Assembly: GCA_049860595.1 (NCBI GenBank)
Contig: CP187551.1
Strand: one strand, 5' to 3'
From: Methanocaldococcus sp. 16A
GTDB lineage: Archaea; AGJL01; Methanococci; Methanococcales; Methanocaldococcaceae
DNA: 64,000 nt
Position numbers and translations under genes: made by a program. Positions 37,155 through 48,832 of the stretch are shown here, one piece after another. The notes below the pieces were generated by a model. That model worked only from the letters and a program-made list of their open reading frames with translations, made no database searches and had not been told where the DNA came from. Position 1 is the first letter of the stretch, and every line of letters begins with the position of its first letter.

Positions 37155-38276
37155 ATGCTTTCTGACCACGAAGAGTTTTTGAGATTAGAAAAAGCAAGAA
37201 AAATTATTTTAGAAATATTGAACAAAAATGGTAGAAATGCATTATACGACCTAAGTGGACTATCTGGAGGATTTTTGATAGAAGACAAAGATAAAGATTT
37301 ATTAAATACATATATTGGAGCATCTTATTTTACAGAAAAAGTTAATGAATATGGTTTAAAACATTTAGGTGGAAACGAAGATGACAAATGTGTTGCTTTT
37401 AATAGAACCTCATCTGCAATTTTAGCTACCATATTGGCATTAAAACCAAAAAAAGTTATACATTATTTACCAGAACTACCAGGACATCCGTCAATAGAAA
37501 GAAGTTGTAAAATCATCAATGCTGAGTATTTCGAGTCAGATAATATAAACGAAATCTTAAATAAAATAGATAAAGATACTTTAGTTATTATCACTGGCTC
37601 AACAATGGATTTAAAAGTCATTGAACTTGAAAACTTTAAAAAAGTTATTAATACAGCTAAAAATAAAGGAGCTATTGTCTTTGTTGATGACGCTTCTGGG
37701 GCAAGAGTTAGATTGCTATTCAATCAACCCCCAGCATTAAAGTTAGGAGCTGATTTAGTAGTTACAAGCACAGATAAACTTATGGATGGTCCGAGAGGAG
37801 GTCTATTAGCAGGAAAGAAAGAACTTGTTAATAAAATATATATTGAGGGGACTAAGTTTGGTTTAGAAGCTCAACCTCCATTATTAGCTGGCATATATAG
37901 AGCTTTAAAAAACTTTGACTTAGATAAAATTAAAAGAGCATTTGAAAGGGCTAAAAATTTTGATTTGTCTAAGATTGAACAATTAAATAAAGAACTTAAA
38001 GAAGTCGATAAAAATATAGAAATAAAATATGAAAAAACCCCAACAGGATTTGTAATAAAAAAAGTTCATAGAAATGCAGAAATAAATATCAAAAAACTTG
38101 TTGAGATTGGATTTAATTTGTTAGAAAAGTATAAAATTATAACCATAACTGTAGCTGGTATGCCAGGAGCCAGTAAAAGTTTAAGGATTGATTTAACATC
38201 AAAAGATGCTGAAAGGATTGATGATGATTATATTATAAATGCCATTGTAGATTCAATAAAATTATCTTTTAAATAA
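37155..38276 (+). CDS. SelA-like PLP-dependent enzyme (MJ0158 type)
   Basis: [28 protein letters not shown] (PLP lysine). Confidence 0.85.
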   Translation: MLSDHEEFLRLEKARKIILEILNKNGRNALYDLSGLSGGFLIEDKDKDLLNTYIGASYFTEKVNEYGLKHLGGNEDDKCVAFNRTSSAILATILALKPKKVIHYLPELPGHPSIERSCKIINAEYFESDNINEILNKIDKDTLVIITGSTMDLKVIELENFKKVINTAKNKGAIVFVDDASGARVRLLFNQPPALKLGADLVVTSTDKLMDGPRGGLLAGKKELVNKIYIEGTKFGLEAQPPLLAGIYRALKNFDLDKIKRAFERAKNFDLSKIEQLNKELKEVDKNIEIKYEKTPTGFVIKKVHRNAEINIKKLVEIGFNLLEKYKIITITVAGMPGASKSLRIDLTSKDAERIDDDYIINAIVDSIKLSFK

Positions 38277-38457
38277 TGTATAAATTAATTATCTGAATTT
38301 AGAAATAGGTTATAATGTTTTAAAAATCTTTATAATGCTTTAAATCCGAAAATTTAAGCAACCATAGGGCTTTGCCCTATTGGTATCCCTCTCAATGAGA
38401 AGTATAGCAATTGGAGATGAAACCCCCTATAGTTACAAATACCCATCAATCTACCGC

Positions 38458-40077
38458 TTAAAAATCCCTATAACCCTTTAAATCCGAAAATTTAACGACT
38501 TCATGCATAGCTCTTAATTCAATTGGAATTTCATTCTCTTTTAATAACACTAATGGATTTATTCCTCCTATTGTTACAACTCCACACATGTCTTTATTTA
38601 CATTAATACCATAAAGCTCATTGTTTGGCTCTCCTATAGTTTTAATACCATTCCAATTTAATCTCTTTAAAACTTCCTCTAATTTCTCTCTTGCAACTCT
38701 ATGCACTTCTCTAAAGCCAGCTAAGAATGTCTTTTCACAATCAACAAAGTTGAAGAAAACTTCATGTGGGTCTAATGATGAACCATCATAACCAATTATA
38801 TCTATAAATCTCTCTTTATCTTCAGTTATTTCCAAAACTCCACCATATCTTGGAATTGTTGGAACTGAGTTTCTTAAAAATATTCCATCCAAGGTTACTG
38901 CACAGACTGTTTGAATTTTTATTTTATTGTTCTCTTCTACTATTCCAAATCTATCAGATATTCCTAATCCCTTTTTGTAAGCTTCTTTTAATAAGTCCAA
39001 TGCCTCATCAAGGTATTTTTTATCAATATATGCAATATTTACAACAACATCTCCATCTCCTTCATCTATATCGTAGGTTACTTTTGCCATTGCATTGAAC
39101 ATTTTTGATAGAGCAGTTTTTATTCTTATATTCGCTTTTTTTGTTATAATATCTCTTGGATTTTTCTTAACTTTGTGTAAAGACTCTAATCTAACAATTG
39201 AAGACATTGGAGATATCTCTACACAATAGTTGTTTTCAACAAATGGAGCTATTGGTGTTAAACCTCCAATTAAAGCTACACCAACTTTATCATCCCCAAC
39301 ATCTAAACCTAAAACATTCTCTGTTCCATAACTGATGATACATTTTAGTTCATCCTTCTCTAATATACTTTTGAACCTTTCCAAAAATTCAACACCAAAA
39401 CATCTAAAGTTTGCTGGTAAATAACCTTCTCCATTCTCTATAATTCCAATAACATCCGTTTCTTTCTTTTCAATGAATGCTCTTAATGGGTCTATTGATG
39501 TGGATTTATATTTTATGATTTCTTTAAATTCTACAGGCTTTCCATCTTCATATTTTACAATTCCCGCACACACATGAAGCGGGAAAATTCCATTCTGCAA
39601 GAGTATATTATCAAAGTTTAGTGAGCAGAGTGTATTTATTTCTACAAATTTTTCTCTATCCATAACTCCAACTCTATCTCCAACGGCCAAACCTGACTCA
39701 TAGACGCTCTTTATTATTTTTAGTGCATCGTTAAAATCCGCATAAACCTGACATCTATTTATAACAACGTATCCAAACCTGTAATTGGCAGATATCGTCT
39801 TCTCAAGTATATTTGAATAGATACTTCCTAATCTATAGGATATATTTGCCTTTTCTAACTCTTCCAAACCTCTCTCAGTTATAACCCTTCCAGCATAACC
39901 AACTTTTTTTGTTAATTTCATACCATCCAATAACTTTAAATGGTATCTAACTGCCCTCTCTCCAATTTTATATCCTCTCTTATTAAGTTCTTTAGCTATA
40001 ATCTTAGCCCCTACTGGTTCTTTTGATTTGGATAAAATATCTAAAATCTCAATTAATTTTCTATCAAGGTCTGCCAT
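38458..40077 (-). CDS. nrpR: Global nitrogen repressor NrpR
   Basis: N-terminal wHTH (IGERAVRYHL) and two NRD repeats (TLCSLNFD / TVCAVTLDG, GGLTP / GGINP). Confidence 0.93.
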   Translation of the reverse strand: MADLDRKLIEILDILSKSKEPVGAKIIAKELNKRGYKIGERAVRYHLKLLDGMKLTKKVGYAGRVITERGLEELEKANISYRLGSIYSNILEKTISANYRFGYVVINRCQVYADFNDALKIIKSVYESGLAVGDRVGVMDREKFVEINTLCSLNFDNILLQNGIFPLHVCAGIVKYEDGKPVEFKEIIKYKSTSIDPLRAFIEKKETDVIGIIENGEGYLPANFRCFGVEFLERFKSILEKDELKCIISYGTENVLGLDVGDDKVGVALIGGLTPIAPFVENNYCVEISPMSSIVRLESLHKVKKNPRDIITKKANIRIKTALSKMFNAMAKVTYDIDEGDGDVVVNIAYIDKKYLDEALDLLKEAYKKGLGISDRFGIVEENNKIKIQTVCAVTLDGIFLRNSVPTIPRYGGVLEITEDKERFIDIIGYDGSSLDPHEVFFNFVDCEKTFLAGFREVHRVAREKLEEVLKRLNWNGIKTIGEPNNELYGINVNKDMCGVVTIGGINPLVLLKENEIPIELRAMHEVVKFSDLKGYRDF

Positions 40078-40095
40078 TTTTCTCACCTAAAAAAT

Positions 40096-40213
40096 ATAAG
40101 ACTTTCGCAGTTTATATAATTTTAATGAATATTTTAATGAATATATCGAGAATAATATTTTTTATTAGACAGATAATTAATGATGCTATATTTATTCCTG
40201 CAAAACTCCCTAA
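40096..40213. repeat. Family-A element (degenerate)
   Basis: ATAAGACTTTCGCAGTTTATATA...TTTATTCCTGCAAAACTCCCTAA. Confidence 0.7.
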
Positions 40214-40250
40214 TATAAAAAATTAAAAAATTTAAAAAAATAACAAACAA

Positions 40251-41657
40251 TTATTTATCTAATCTCTCTTTTAATAACTCAATAACTCTCTTAGGCTCTG
40301 CTCTTCCTCTTGTTAATCTCATTACCTGCCCCATTAAGAAATTTAAAGCCTCTTTTTTACCGCTTAAATAATCTTCAACAGCCTTTGGATTGTTTTTAAT
40401 AGCTTCCTCAACCGCTTTAACTAAAGCGTCTTCATCTTTAATAACAGTCAATCCTAGTTCTTCAACTATCTGTTTTGGCATCTTGCTTCCTCTATTTATA
40501 ACCAACAAATCTACAATCTCTTTAGCTATTTTTTGAGATATAACACCCTCCTTAATTAGTTTTATTAATTCAACTATATGCTCTGCCTTAACTCCACTTT
40601 CATACAAATCTACTTTATGATACTGCAAACTTCTTTTTAACTCATTTCTAATCCAAGTTACGGCTAAATCAACATTCTCTCTATTAACTCCTAAAGATTT
40701 AACAACTTCCTCAAACATCTCAGCCATATCTAAGTCAGAAACTAATACCTTAGCATCTTCCTCATCTATACCATATTCCTCAATAAATCTCTTCTTCTTA
40801 GCTAATGGAGTTTCTGGCATCATTTCCTCAATCTCTTTAACCCACTCCTCAGAAATAACTATTGGCTGAATGTCAGGGTCTGGAATGTATCTATAATCTT
40901 CAGCTGTTTCTTTACTTCTCATTGCTTTGGTTATCATCTGACTCTCTAAGAAAGCCCTTGTCTCTCTTTTAATTTCTCCCCCTCTTTTAATAATGTTTTT
41001 CTGTCTAATTACTTCATACTTTAGAACTTTATAAACCCCTTTAATTGAGTTGACGTTTTTAACCTCAACTCTATTTCCTTGAACGCCCATGTATTCAATA
41101 GAAATGTTTACATCAGCCCTCATTGTTCCTTCTCCTCTTAAACATCCGAGGTATCTAAATAAAGTCATTAATTGCTTTAAAAATTCTCTTGCCTCTTCTG
41201 GGCTTTTTATATCCGGTTTTGTAACAATCTCAATTAGTGGTGTACCACTTCTGTTATAATCAACAATTCCAAAACTTGGGTTGTATTGCCCAGGGTCTTC
41301 TTCTAAGTGAACTTCAGCAATTCCAATACCCATAAACTCTCCATCTACACCGATAGGTGTTGAAGTTCTCTGATAACCGCTTGGTAAATCAGGATAATCA
41401 TAATGTTTTCTTTGGAAGTATATATCTTTATCAACAACTATTTTACATCCAAGCATTTTTGCTACCATTATAGCTACTTCTACTGCCTTTTTGTTTGGTG
41501 GTAGTGGCTTTGCTCCTGGTAATCCCAAACAAACTGGACAAACATTCGTGTTGGGTTCAGCATCTAAATAGTTTGTTGAACAATTACAGAACAATTTTGA
41601 TTTTGTATCAATTTGAACGTGTATCTCCAAACCACACTTCATTTTAACATCGTCCAT
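40251..41657 (-). CDS. gatB: Asp/Glu-tRNA amidotransferase subunit B
   Basis: GLEIHVQ, KLFC, RKHYDYPDLP, HLEEDPG, DYRYIPDPD. Confidence 0.97.
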   Translation of the reverse strand: MDDVKMKCGLEIHVQIDTKSKLFCNCSTNYLDAEPNTNVCPVCLGLPGAKPLPPNKKAVEVAIMVAKMLGCKIVVDKDIYFQRKHYDYPDLPSGYQRTSTPIGVDGEFMGIGIAEVHLEEDPGQYNPSFGIVDYNRSGTPLIEIVTKPDIKSPEEAREFLKQLMTLFRYLGCLRGEGTMRADVNISIEYMGVQGNRVEVKNVNSIKGVYKVLKYEVIRQKNIIKRGGEIKRETRAFLESQMITKAMRSKETAEDYRYIPDPDIQPIVISEEWVKEIEEMMPETPLAKKKRFIEEYGIDEEDAKVLVSDLDMAEMFEEVVKSLGVNRENVDLAVTWIRNELKRSLQYHKVDLYESGVKAEHIVELIKLIKEGVISQKIAKEIVDLLVINRGSKMPKQIVEELGLTVIKDEDALVKAVEEAIKNNPKAVEDYLSGKKEALNFLMGQVMRLTRGRAEPKRVIELLKERLDK

Positions 41658-41821
41658 TCCCTTCACCCAAAAAAATTGGTTTTTTTAATTTTAATTAATG
41701 TCTTATTCATCATTAATATAATAATTAATGAACTTTGAACATCCTAGCATCATAAATACCCTTATAACATAAAAATTGTGAATGTGAAAGTCCTATCTAA
41801 TTATCTTATAATTTCAAAAGA

Positions 41822-42328
41822 TTAACTCTTTGGCTTTAAGACCTTTGGACCTCTTGCTAATGCAGTAATCCCAGTTCTTGCCATCTCCTTAATCCCCAAT
41901 GGTTTTACTAATTCAATAAATGCGTTTATCTTATCTTCACTACCTGTTATCTCAACAATTAAAGATTCAGGACTTAAATCTACAACATTTCCTCTAAATA
42001 TACTTGTATATTGAATAACTTGAGATTTAGCACTCTCTGTTGGTGCATATATTTTTATTAGGCAGAGCTCTCTCTGGACAGATTTCTTTTCCTCTAACTC
42101 ACTAACTTTTATAACATCAATTAATTTATTGAGTTGTTTGACAACCTGCTCTAATATCTTATCATCACCATTAACAACTATCGTAACCCTTGAAATTTGT
42201 GGATTCTCAGTTATTCCAACTGTAATACTTGAAATATTAAACCCTCTCCTAGTAAATAATCCTGAAATTCTCTGTAAGACTCCTGGTTTGTTTAAAACTA
42301 ATGCGGAGATAACATGCCTATGTTCCAT
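41822..42328 (-). CDS. ilvN: Acetolactate synthase small subunit
   Basis: [25 protein letters not shown] domain, EMARTG. Confidence 0.95.
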   Translation of the reverse strand: MEHRHVISALVLNKPGVLQRISGLFTRRGFNISSITVGITENPQISRVTIVVNGDDKILEQVVKQLNKLIDVIKVSELEEKKSVQRELCLIKIYAPTESAKSQVIQYTSIFRGNVVDLSPESLIVEITGSEDKINAFIELVKPLGIKEMARTGITALARGPKVLKPKS

Positions 42329-42478
42329 TATCTTCACCAATATCTTTTATAGTAAGATTTATAAAATAATAAAATAGATGCTTTATAAGTCTATAGTAGC
42401 TTTACCCTATTTAGTTATATTATGAACTTTCCATTACCTTGTCCTAATGGTCCTTTTTAGTTTTAATATTTAATTTAA

Positions 42479-42572
42479 ATAGGACTTCCGCAGAGATGAG
42501 TATTGAGAGGCATTTCTGATGCCTTTGGCAACATTTTTCCTTATTAAATATTATAAACTACGAAAGTCCTAT
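42479..42572. repeat. Family-A palindromic element
   Basis: ATAGGACTTCCGCAG...CTACGAAAGTCCTAT. Confidence 0.8.
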
Positions 42573-42656
42573 TAACTTTCTGTTTCTTATTTCTTTTGCC
42601 TTAGGGTAAATAGGATTTATTAAAAAAATATATATATAATTTTTGGGATGGTAAAC

Positions 42657-43922
42657 ATGGTTTTATTAAAATTTCATGGAGGTTGTCAGCAAATTGGGAT
42701 GAGTTGTGTTGAAGTAGAAACACAGAAAGGAAGAGTATTGTTAGATTGTGGTATGTCCCCAGATAGTGGAGAAATTCCTAAGTTAGATGATAAAGCAATA
42801 GATGCTGTTATCATCTCTCATGCCCATCTTGACCACTGTGGGGCAATTCCATTCTATAAATTTAAAAAGATTTATTGCACACATCCAACAGCTGATTTAA
42901 TGTTTATAACTTGGAGAGATACTTTAAATTTAACAAAAGCTTATAGTGAGGAAGATATTCAGCAGGCAATGGAAAGTCTTGAATGTTTAAATTATTATGA
43001 AGAGAAGATAATTAATGATAATATAAAATTCAAATTCTACAATGCAGGGCATATATTGGGTAGTGCTTCCATATACTTAGAGGTAGAAGGGAAAAAAATT
43101 CTATATACAGGAGATATAAACGAAGGAGTTTCAAGAACTCTACTTCCAGCAGATACAGATATTGATGAGATTGATGTTTTAATTATAGAATCTACCTACG
43201 GCTCTCCATTAGATATAAAGCCAGCAAGGAAAACATTAGAAAAGCAGTTAATTGATGAAATATCTGAAACAATAGAAAACGGAGGAAAAGTAATAATCCC
43301 TGTTTTTGCTATTGGTAGGGCTCAGGAAATTTTGCTAATATTAAACAACTATATGAGAAGTGGGAGGTTAAAAGAAGTGCCTATTTACACAGATGGCTCT
43401 TTAATTCATGCAACTGCCGTTTATCTAAGTTATGTAAATTGGCTAAATCCAAAAATAAAAAATATGGTTGAGAATAGAATTAACCCATTTGGAGATGTAA
43501 AAAAGGCTGATGAGAGCTTAGTGTTTAACAAAGAACCCTGCATTATTGTCTCAACTTCGGGAATGGTCCAAGGAGGTCCTGTATTAAAATATCTAAAATT
43601 ATTAAAAGACCCGAAAAATAAGCTTATATTAACTGGTTATCAGGCAGAGGGAACATTAGGAAGGGAATTAGAGGAAGGAGTTAAAGAAATACAACCATTT
43701 AAAAATAAAATCCCTGTTAGGGGAAAGGTTGTTAAAATAGAGTTTTCAGCTCATGGGGATTACAACTCCTTAGTAAGATATATAAAAAAGATTCCTAAAC
43801 CAGAAAAAGCTATAGTTATGCATGGGGAGAGGTATCAATCACTATCATTTGCAATGACTATCTGGAAAACTTTAAAAATTCCCACATATGTTCCAGTTAA
43901 GGGAACCATACTACCAATATAA
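42657..43922 (+). CDS. Beta-CASP metallo-beta-lactamase ribonuclease (CPSF-like)
   Basis: SHAHLDH, AGHILGS, YTGD, ESTYG, FSAHGD, MHGE. Confidence 0.92.
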   Translation: MVLLKFHGGCQQIGMSCVEVETQKGRVLLDCGMSPDSGEIPKLDDKAIDAVIISHAHLDHCGAIPFYKFKKIYCTHPTADLMFITWRDTLNLTKAYSEEDIQQAMESLECLNYYEEKIINDNIKFKFYNAGHILGSASIYLEVEGKKILYTGDINEGVSRTLLPADTDIDEIDVLIIESTYGSPLDIKPARKTLEKQLIDEISETIENGGKVIIPVFAIGRAQEILLILNNYMRSGRLKEVPIYTDGSLIHATAVYLSYVNWLNPKIKNMVENRINPFGDVKKADESLVFNKEPCIIVSTSGMVQGGPVLKYLKLLKDPKNKLILTGYQAEGTLGRELEEGVKEIQPFKNKIPVRGKVVKIEFSAHGDYNSLVRYIKKIPKPEKAIVMHGERYQSLSFAMTIWKTLKIPTYVPVKGTILPI

Positions 43923-44004
43923 AATTTAATAGGACTTTCGCAGTTTATTGAGTAATGATTAAAAAAATAAATTAAAAAATAAATAAATTATACTTATACT
44001 AAAG

Positions 44005-44571
44005 TTAACTGCTCAATAATAGTCTCCCTTCAGGAATATCATTTTCTATTGTTTCAATATTCGCGAAATATTTCTCAAGAACATTATATATTTTCCTAAT
44101 GATTTCTTTCTCTTCTAAAACATCAAGCATTATCTTTGACTCTATAATAAGATATAAATTTTCGCCATGAAGATTTAACGGATAGATGTGAATATATGCA
44201 TCATCTTTTTGTATTATAATCTTTTTAACATTGTCATGAAACTTTTTAATATATTCAAATATCCCAAGTCCAATAGCCCCAATATTTTCTGCATTCTTTA
44301 ATGTAGATGCTATAATTAGTCCTTCGTCGCTAACAACAATAATATCTTCTATATCATAAGAAAGAGCCACTTCAACTAAATCAAATTCTTTTGTATATTC
44401 TTTACTCTCATCTGGAGCCACATAGGGTTTTAATTCTTTGAGGTTTTCAACAATTTCCATCTCAATAAGCTTATACGTTTTCTTTTTTTCTTTCTCCTTA
44501 TAGTAATAAACCCCCACTCCAATAACCACCCCCAATATAAATAAAATTAAAAATAAAATTGTTGCATCCAT
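44005..44571 (-). CDS. Membrane-anchored hypothetical protein (roadblock-like domain possible)
   Basis: N-terminal TM helix; IIVVSDEGLIIAST. Confidence 0.6.
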   Translation of the reverse strand: MDATILFLILFILGVVIGVGVYYYKEKEKKKTYKLIEMEIVENLKELKPYVAPDESKEYTKEFDLVEVALSYDIEDIIVVSDEGLIIASTLKNAENIGAIGLGIFEYIKKFHDNVKKIIIQKDDAYIHIYPLNLHGENLYLIIESKIMLDVLEEKEIIRKIYNVLEKYFANIETIENDIPEGRLLLSS

Positions 44572-44620
44572 AGTACGACCTCTTCTTATTTTATTATCTT
44601 ATTTTATTTATTAAAATTTA

Positions 44621-45811
44621 TTACTCAATATTAATTGATATCCTTGATGTATATTTGGAAAGATACTTTTTTATAACATTATCGATTTCAAATTTAACAA
44701 TTGATGGGTCTACATCTTTTTTAATAATCCCCAAAATTTTTTTCCTTTTTACATTAACATCTCCAAATATAAAGTATCTTCCATTTTCCCATTTAACATT
44801 TATATCTGGCTTAACATCATCAACACCATCAATATTTTTTAGTTTTTCAATTATTTCTTTTTCTATTTTTTTCTTTAAGTCTTGTAGTTCCTCATCACTG
44901 GGTTTAACAAAATCTTCTAATATTGCTTCTATCCAATTCTCATCAGGATCTTTTAATCCTAATTTTTTTAGTAGTTCTTCTCTTGATAATTCAGCTTCTT
45001 CCTCTTCAACTTTGCCTAAACTACTATCAGTTTCAGATATAGAAACACTATCCTGTTCCATCTTTCTATCTATTTCTTTTTTGATTTCTTTCTTTTCATC
45101 TTCAATCTTCATCTCAGGATACATATCTAATAAAACATTTAACTTCTTTTCATCATATTCATAAACATCAATAACCGTATTTTCATCAATTAACATCTGC
45201 TTTATCTTTTTATATGCATCTTTCCCAAGTAAAACCCCATGATTGCACTCATAAGCCGCTGCTATAGGAGTTTTTCCATTATATATAATATAACCGTTTT
45301 CGAACATTCCTGATATTTTTCTATATGCATTTATAATAATATATTTGTTATCATTTAGATATGCCTCAAAATCCTTCACATTCATTTCAACAGGAACACC
45401 CAATGGAACATTCAATTTTATGTTTAGATATTTTTCCTCAGCAATATCTTCTACTTTCTTTTCTTCTTTATCTTCTCTTTTTTTAGTTTTCTTTATTATA
45501 AATATTTCTGGATATAACCATTTCATTAGATTTAACTTATCTTTATCATATCTATAAAGTTCTATAACCTTATTTTCATGATTTAATAATTCAAGAACTT
45601 TTTCAGCATTTCCACAAATATCCTCTGAGTTATTATCAGTATAGAAGTATCCAACAATTTCCCCATTTTCAACAAATATATAACCTTCATGTAGTTTATT
45701 ATCGTGTTTAACTAAAATGAGAATATAGCCCGTTCCTAACTCTTTTATAATATCGTCAAGTTTTCCATCAGTTAATGTCTTTATTAATTCTCCCTCAATA
45801 ACTTTTATCAT
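44621..45811 (-). CDS. DUF2226-like protein
   Basis: Two internal repeats (GYI....G.......Y...VI.(L/V)Y.Y) and [18 protein letters not shown] motif. Confidence 0.65.
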   Translation of the reverse strand: MIKVIEGELIKTLTDGKLDDIIKELGTGYILILVKHDNKLHEGYIFVENGEIVGYFYTDNNSEDICGNAEKVLELLNHENKVIELYRYDKDKLNLMKWLYPEIFIIKKTKKREDKEEKKVEDIAEEKYLNIKLNVPLGVPVEMNVKDFEAYLNDNKYIIINAYRKISGMFENGYIIYNGKTPIAAAYECNHGVLLGKDAYKKIKQMLIDENTVIDVYEYDEKKLNVLLDMYPEMKIEDEKKEIKKEIDRKMEQDSVSISETDSSLGKVEEEEAELSREELLKKLGLKDPDENWIEAILEDFVKPSDEELQDLKKKIEKEIIEKLKNIDGVDDVKPDINVKWENGRYFIFGDVNVKRKKILGIIKKDVDPSIVKFEIDNVIKKYLSKYTSRISINIE

Positions 45812-45896
45812 AATTTCCCTCATTCGTCTTTATGCTATTATTCACATGATACAAAGTTATTATATATTTGATTAGAAAAAATTATAATATTTATAT

Positions 45897-46667
45897 TTAT
45901 CTATATATCTTTTTAGCTATTAATCCTGCAAAAACCCCTGCTCCAAATCCGTTATCAATATTTACAACTGCTATGCCTGGAGAGCATGTATGTAACATTG
46001 TCAGCAGAGGAGTTATTTTTATCCCATAAGATGTTGATGTCGGCACTCCAATAACTGGAATATCAACCATAGACGCTACTACTGAAGGTAGGGCTCCTTC
46101 CATTCCAGCAACAACAATAACACAACAAACGTCTTCTTCAATCATTCTTTTTAGGGCTGGAAACAACCTATGAATACCTGCAATTCCTACATCATAGAAT
46201 GTTATAGCTTCAACTCCCATAACTTCCAAAGTATCTTTCGCCTCCTCCGCTATTGGAATATCTGAAGTTCCTGCCGTTAATATACCCACTTTGCCTATTT
46301 TTTTAATTTCATAATTTTTATTTTTTATTATTAATGTTTTAGCTTTTTTATTAATTTTTATATGATAGTTTTTTAAATCATACTTTCTAATTTCGTCACT
46401 AAGTTTTTCTATATCCTCTATTTTAGTCGCTAAAGCAATGCCATTTTTTTCTGCAAGTTTTAATGTAGCTCTAATTATTTCTTCTATATCTTTTCCTTTA
46501 CCATAAACAACTTCTGGAACTCCAGTTCTGAACTGCCTATTAACATCCAATTTCAATTTATCCTCAATCTCCTCAAAATAATTAAGTTTTATGATTTTTT
46601 CCATTTCTTCTAAGCTAATTTCTCCATTTTTAAATGCCAAAAGTAAATCTTTTAGACTCTTTCCCAT
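45897..46667 (-). CDS. larB: LarB-family (AIR carboxylase-like) protein
   Basis: RTGVPEVVYGKGK, AGTSDIPIAEEA, DVGIAGIHRL, AGMEGALPSVV, VNIDNGFGA; start 46667 after GGAGGG. Confidence 0.88.
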   Translation of the reverse strand: MGKSLKDLLLAFKNGEISLEEMEKIIKLNYFEEIEDKLKLDVNRQFRTGVPEVVYGKGKDIEEIIRATLKLAEKNGIALATKIEDIEKLSDEIRKYDLKNYHIKINKKAKTLIIKNKNYEIKKIGKVGILTAGTSDIPIAEEAKDTLEVMGVEAITFYDVGIAGIHRLFPALKRMIEEDVCCVIVVAGMEGALPSVVASMVDIPVIGVPTSTSYGIKITPLLTMLHTCSPGIAVVNIDNGFGAGVFAGLIAKKIYR

Positions 46668-46704
46668 CCAATTCCCCTCCAATCTTTTAGAAAAAAGCAT
46701 TATT

Positions 46705-46802
46705 TTAGGACTTTTGCAAGAATAAATATATTTTATTATGAATATAGACACCTAAAGGTGTCAAAGTTCCAAAACTAATATTATAAACTGCGAAAATCCT
46801 AT
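46705..46802. repeat. Family-A element, close to the reverse complement of the 461-558 copy
   Basis: TAGGACTTTTGCA...GACACCTAAAGGTGTC...CTGCGAAAATCCTA. Confidence 0.85.
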
Positions 46803-46803
46803 A

Positions 46804-47571
46804 TTAAACTCTTTCCCATTCAATTCCATTATTTTCAAAAAATTCAATATATTTTCTTCTATCCTCTCCCCTACACCCTTTCCAATCAATAAGAACCTTA
46901 TCTACTTCCATCTTATTGATTAGTTGATTTAAAACTTCTTCAGAAACTGAAGCATATTTTGGAACTAAGTAGCCAAAATAATATCTATCTTCTAAAGCAA
47001 GTTTTGTAAATTTTGGAGCATAATGTCCTCCACCAAAGCCAATAGCTCTAAATTTTTTATCATAATTTTTAGATTTTATTGCATCAATAGCTTCTAACAC
47101 AGATTTAGCTATAATTTCTCCAGCTTCTTTTAAAACCCATTCCTTTTCACTACTACCAATTTCAACAAACACCGTTGGAGCATTTAAATCAGTTGGTGAA
47201 TGATGAACTACCTCAAAAGAGACATCAAATTCTTTAATCTTGCCATTTTCATAATAGGTTTTGTAATTTTTGTAAATATTTTTCAATAAAAGAGTGTTTA
47301 ATATTGCATCACATGGACAGATTTCTTTAGGATTACCTCCAAAATCATTATTTTCTGTTAAATTTCCTGGTGTATGAACTGTTAGAGATGGTTTATTAGC
47401 TTTACTTCTATGTTTTGATAAAAATATATAATAATCTGCTTTCTCTAAATCTTCCTGAGTTATTGATAAAAGTTCTTTATCAACTTCAAAAATATCAAAA
47501 TATTCTCTTAAATTATTTGCAATGTTTTTACTTGCCAAATCTTTATTTGATGATATTAACAAAAATTTCAT
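46804..47571 (-). CDS. dtdA: D-aminoacyl-tRNA deacylase (archaeal DTD2)
   Basis: SKHRS, LTVHTPGN, EVVHHSP, FVEIGS, GFGGGHYAP. Confidence 0.92.
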   Translation of the reverse strand: MKFLLISSNKDLASKNIANNLREYFDIFEVDKELLSITQEDLEKADYYIFLSKHRSKANKPSLTVHTPGNLTENNDFGGNPKEICPCDAILNTLLLKNIYKNYKTYYENGKIKEFDVSFEVVHHSPTDLNAPTVFVEIGSSEKEWVLKEAGEIIAKSVLEAIDAIKSKNYDKKFRAIGFGGGHYAPKFTKLALEDRYYFGYLVPKYASVSEEVLNQLINKMEVDKVLIDWKGCRGEDRRKYIEFFENNGIEWERV

Positions 47572-47572
47572 C

Positions 47573-48064
47573 TTATCCCTCTCTTAAATGTCCCAATATA
47601 TGTCCCGTCTCTTCTTTAATTATTTTTAATGCTGTTTTACATGCATTTACTGAACCAGGAAGTGCATATATAATTTTTCCTTTATAGATTCCAGCCATAG
47701 CTCTTGATAACATAGCTGAAAATCCTACTTCCTCATAACTTAACTTTTGAAAAATAATTTTAAATCCATCCAATTCTTTTTCAATAATTTCCTTTAAAGC
47801 TTCAACGGTAACATCCCTCTCAGCTATTCCTGTCCCTCCTGTAAAAACAATACAATCTACATCAAAAGATTCAACTATATGCTCAACTATTCCCTTAATC
47901 ATATTTTTGTTGTCAGGAATTATTGTATATACTTCAGCATTTAATTCGTCTTTTAATAAATTACCAGATTTATCATCAACATCTTTTCCTTTAATTAAAT
48001 CATTATATCTGCTATCGCTCACTGTAACTACAGCATATCTTATATCTTTTATTCTTTTGTGCAT
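47573..48064 (-). CDS. moaB: Molybdopterin adenylyltransferase MoaB/MogA
   Basis: VTVSDSR, DKSG, TGGTGIAERDVT, SRA.AG, LPGS. Confidence 0.92.
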   Translation of the reverse strand: MHKRIKDIRYAVVTVSDSRYNDLIKGKDVDDKSGNLLKDELNAEVYTIIPDNKNMIKGIVEHIVESFDVDCIVFTGGTGIAERDVTVEALKEIIEKELDGFKIIFQKLSYEEVGFSAMLSRAMAGIYKGKIIYALPGSVNACKTALKIIKEETGHILGHLREG

Positions 48065-48178
48065 ATCTTCACCTATTACTCAATATAATGTATATATGCA
48101 AATAAATAAATATAAATTAAAACAGCAAAAAACTCCCTATCAAAATAAAAAATTTTATATAATTAGAAAATTAAAAAT

Positions 48179-48382
48179 TTATTTCTTTAAAGCTAACTTT
48201 ATGTCTTCAACTTTTACAGTTTTTCTTTTAGCATGTTTAGCTAACTCAACAGCTTCCTTAGCAATTTCTAATGCGATTTCTTCAACAGCTTCTGCTAAGT
48301 ATTCTGCAGCTGCTCTACTAACTCTCTCTGCTCCTGCTTTTTTCAAGATTCTTTCAAATGGTGCAACTGGAAGCTCAGCCAT
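48179..48382 (-). CDS. Archaeal histone
   Basis: [22 protein letters not shown]...[12 protein letters not shown]. Confidence 0.97.
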   Translation of the reverse strand: MAELPVAPFERILKKAGAERVSRAAAEYLAEAVEEIALEIAKEAVELAKHAKRKTVKVEDIKLALKK

Positions 48383-48594
48383 AATACCACCTCATAATGG
48401 ATTTTCAATAGATATTGTTATAAAACCCTTTATTTAAACTTTTCGGTTATTTCCATTTTTTATGAAGGTCTTCGAAAAATTTTCACATATATAGACAATG
48501 AACATTAAGAAGTAGAACATTAAATTATAAAAAACACTACCCACAATGAATATTACAAAATTTAAAATTTACTTTATACGTGTTTCTAAACAGT

Positions 48595-48688
48595 GTAGGA
48601 CTTACGTACTTTATATATTTAGTTAGGGAACTTAGATGCCTTTAGGCATCAATATGTCTTTTAATATTTATTCCTGCGAAAGTCCTAT
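48595..48688. repeat. Family-A palindromic element
   Basis: TAGGACTTACG...GATGCCT-TT-AGGCATC...CTGCGAAAGTCCTA. Confidence 0.8.
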
Positions 48689-48690
48689 AG

Positions 48691-48805
48691 TTATAGTTTT
48701 ATGTAAAAATAAACTAAGCTCTATAAGGAAAATTTGAATGTCTTCCAAAAGAAAGACATTCATTAATGCCTTATTCAATTCAAATCCTTTTACACGAAAC
48801 TATAA
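48691..48805. repeat. Family-B palindromic MITE-like element
   Basis: TTATAGTTTTATGTAAAA...TTTTACACGAAACTATAA, internal GAATGTCTT..AAGACATTC hairpin. Confidence 0.8.
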
Positions 48806-48832
48806 AATCAACAAGAATTAAATGTGATATCT

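Noticed and set aside
37155-38276. SelA-like gene as selenocysteine synthase
   Set aside because: Archaea use PSTK/SepSecS, and this homolog family is not known to make Sec
46668-46751. N-terminal extensions of larB (and of mscS at 50665-50724) in the ORF track
   Set aside because: They run into palindromic repeat DNA; internal ATGs with good RBS motifs give more plausible starts
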